A stretch of DNA of 64,000 bases from Pelagomonas calceolata (lineage: Eukaryota). Below are positions 61,464-64,000 of this stretch, piece by piece. A program made the position numbers and the translations under genes. The stretch lies in assembly GCA_918797485.1 (NCBI GenBank), contig CAKKNE010000004.1, positions 4,278,001-4,342,000 on the forward strand. Direction: 5' to 3'. Position 1 is the stretch's first letter. The number at the start of each line of letters is the position of its first letter. The notes below the pieces were generated by a model. It worked only from the letters and a program-made list of their open reading frames with translations. It made no database searches and had not been told where the DNA came from.

Positions 61464-63860
61464 ATGGCAGGCATTATCTCCCATGCCGCTGCGGCGAAAG
61501 CTGTCGAGATGGAGGCTGGAAAAGGAGGGGCGAGCAGAGACGTCCAAGCAAGCACTGCAGCGGAAAAGAAACAACACGTCTGCACACACTGCGGCGCCCA
61601 GCACGCCTCGCGCTCCGCTCTCTTCCGCCATTTAAGGGCCCAGTGCGACCCGACGCTCAACAAGGAGAATGTGGCGAAGCTCGCCGTGGTCGTCGCCTAC
61701 GCCGGCGACGCGCAGCTCGGCGCCGACGCGAGAAATGGCGGCCCGGCGGCGACGACGCAGCTAGTCGTGAAAGCTGTTGGGAACGCGTGCGCAGGCGCGG
61801 CTGGGGGCGGCGCGGTCGTCCAGTCGACGCACGCCGCTGTCAGCACGGAGAAGCACGCCGGCGCGCGCGCGAATATTGTGCTTGTGGCGCTGCGCAACAT
61901 CCAAGCCGGCGCGCGGCTCACCGCCACGACGCTCGACGAGCGCCTGCCCGACGGCCTGCGCGTGCTCGCGGCTAGGTTCCTCACAAACAGCGCGGCGGAC
62001 CAGGCGCTCGCGGGGCGGCTGACGAAGCGCATCCGCCGCTGCGCGCACGTGATTGCGGTGCCCTACGCCGCCGTCGTTGTAGACGAGGACGAGCGCGACG
62101 ATGGCCGGTCCGTATTTGTGGTGGCGACGCGGCCGGGCGGGCGCGACCCGGCCGTGGACGAGGCCTGGATCCGCGACGTAGCACGAATGGCGGACGCGCC
62201 GCCGCCGGACGCGGTGGAGGGCGTCTGCGGCGGCGACGCCTTCGCGAAGCTCTCGTACGGCGACGCGGAGCTTGCGAAGAATGCGGTTTCAAAGCTCGAC
62301 GGCCTCGCGCGAGGCGACGTCGTTCTCCAGGTGATGCCGTGGCGCGAGGCCCGGGCCAAGCTCGACGCGCACAAGCGCCTCAAGGACGCACTCGCCGCCG
62401 CGAGCCGCGCGGTCTTCAGCGGCGCGGCGTCCGTGCTGCGGCCCGCGTCGCTCGCGCGCGACGTCCGCACGGTCGGCGGCGACTGGCGCGACGACTGGCT
62501 GCTCGTCCGCGTCCGCGGTTTTGCGCAGTGCCCTAATCAAATTTCCGCCCATGGGCAGTACGGCTGCGTCGTCGTCGAGAAATGACTCACTGGTTGATTT
62601 GGCACAGGCGGCGCGGGCGACACGGGCAAGGGCGGCCCGCCGCGGGGCGGCACGCGGACGGCGCGCCTCTGCCTCGGCGCGGCCGTGGCGGTCTGCCGCG
62701 GCGCCGAGGGCGCGGCCTGGCTCGCGACGCGCGGCGCCGATGATACCACCGGGCCGGCCGCGCCGGCGCGCGCGCTCTACCTCGAGGGCTTCGCGCTCTA
62801 CCTCGCGAAGAGCGACGCGCGCTGCGCCGACGTTGATGAAAATGCGCCGGCGGAGGCGCGGCGGCGGGCGCGCGCCCTCGTCGTGGCCGCCGCGACGAAC
62901 GACGCCGCGCGGGACGCCTGGCGCCGAGTCATTCGCGATATCGATGGCGGCGCCACGCGCAACGCTGACGACGCGGCGTTGCGCGCCGCGGCGGCGCGGG
63001 GCGACGGCGAGGAAGTGGCCGCGCTGCTGGAGGCAGGAAGGGCGCGCGTCGACGCGGCCGACGAGTACGGTCGCACGGCGCTGTTCCTCGCGGCGGCCGC
63101 GGGGCAGCGCGTCGACCGGTTGCTCGCGGCCGGCGCGGACCCCACGCGTCAGGCGCACGGCGGCTGGAAGCCCAGCCACTTCATACCCCGAGAGCCACTT
63201 CCGCTGCTCGGCCCGACGCCGCCCGCGTGGCGGCTGATGATTGCGCGGGACCCGCCGGCGCCGACCGCGACGACGCGACCGCTGCGCGGCCTCGCCCACC
63301 CCGGCGCCGGCAGCGTGATCGTCGACGGCGCAGCGACGGCCGACGAGGTCGCCGCGTTCCTGGAGCTGGCGCGGGGGTTGCCCGTCGCGCCGGCGGAGAA
63401 GGCCGCGTGCGCGGACCGGAGCTATTTTTATGATGCCGACGGCGCGTTCGGGCGGCGCTTTGCGGGCGTCGCCGCGGCGGCGTGGGGCGTTTCCGTCACT
63501 CGTATTAGAGTGAACAAATGTTACCGCGTGCTGACTTATGCGCGGGCGGGCGGGTGTCTTCCCGCGCACGTGGACTTGCACCGCGATTTAGGTGATGGCG
63601 GCCCGCCGACGACGCACACCTTCCTTCTTTACCTCAGCGACGATCCCGAGGGCGGATCAACGTCGCTGCTGAGTGCGCTTCCCGGCGACGACGCGCTCGC
63701 GCTGTCGGGAGGCCTCGTCGACGGCGCGCGGACGACGCTCTACGCGGTGCATCCCAAAGCCGGCCGCTTATTTCTGATGCCGAACGCGTGTCCCCACGAG
63801 GCGGCGGGTGTGGTGCGGGCGCCGAAGGTGTTGATTCGGGGCGAATTGCGGCTTCGCTAG
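61464..63860 (+). CDS. C2H2 finger + degenerate TruA/Pus1-like + RRM-like + ankyrin + 2OG-Fe(II) oxygenase protein (exons 61464-62517, 62608-63860)
   Basis: 90-nt GT-AG intron removes an in-frame stop; CTHC..SRSALFRH, VAYAG/STEK/LPDGLRV, DEYGRTALFLAA, HVD...HEA. Confidence 0.65.
62526..62607 (+). mobile_element. Degenerate miniature introner (intron 62518-62607)
   Basis: TIR-like CAGTGCCCTAATCAA/TTGATTTGGCACAG; family sequence GAGAAATGACT and CACTGGTTGATTT. Confidence 0.8.
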
Positions 63861-63936
63861 TGTTGTACTTTTGTGTACCTTGGTACTTATTTCGTAGGGG
63901 GAAGGAGGGGAGTAGTCGTGGTAGCGTGGCCCAGGC

Positions 63937-64000
63937 TTAGTACGGGCAGGCCGGGTTGGCCAAAGCGCCCTTGAGATCTTCGCCCGAATTGTCGAACTTG
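63937..64000 (-). CDS. 3' end of a gene starting outside the window (partial)
   Basis: KFDNSGEDLKGALANPACPY*. Confidence 0.4.
   Translation of the reverse strand, partial: KFDNSGEDLKGALANPACPY

Overview
GC-rich, gene-dense eukaryotic DNA with about 40 mostly intron-poor genes. Bipartite plastid-targeting leaders, GC-AG introns and a TIR/8-bp-TSD introner family point to a pelagophyte alga (Pelagomonas/Aureococcus-like); this assignment is inference. Most genes are routine: O-fucosyltransferase, TOM1-like, calmodulin-like, urea transporter, fibrillins, PlsC, JMJD6, adenylate kinase, TRAPPC13, CLP1, GT41, SUV3, kinesin and chorismate synthase. The main discovery is at 4850-8479 (minus strand). 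Three separate ORF-track calls plus one hidden exon join through three GT-AG introns into one ~1104-aa frame: SAP-like, GATA-like Zn fingers, coiled coil, a Zn-dependent deaminase-like motif (HGE-x24-CKYC), zf-CW-like, then family-1 uracil-DNA glycosylase. This is a candidate natural deaminase-UNG DNA-editing fusion. Other signals: about nine introner-derived introns that splice in either orientation, a 22-25 bp quasi-palindrome (GCTAGTGTCTTACAGGCCGCTAGC) in 12 upstream regions, a second 18-bp motif just 3' of three genes, a hidden 58-aa gene, a head-to-head paralog pair and an NBD-less ABCG fragment. All domain calls come from motif recognition by eye, not from database searches.
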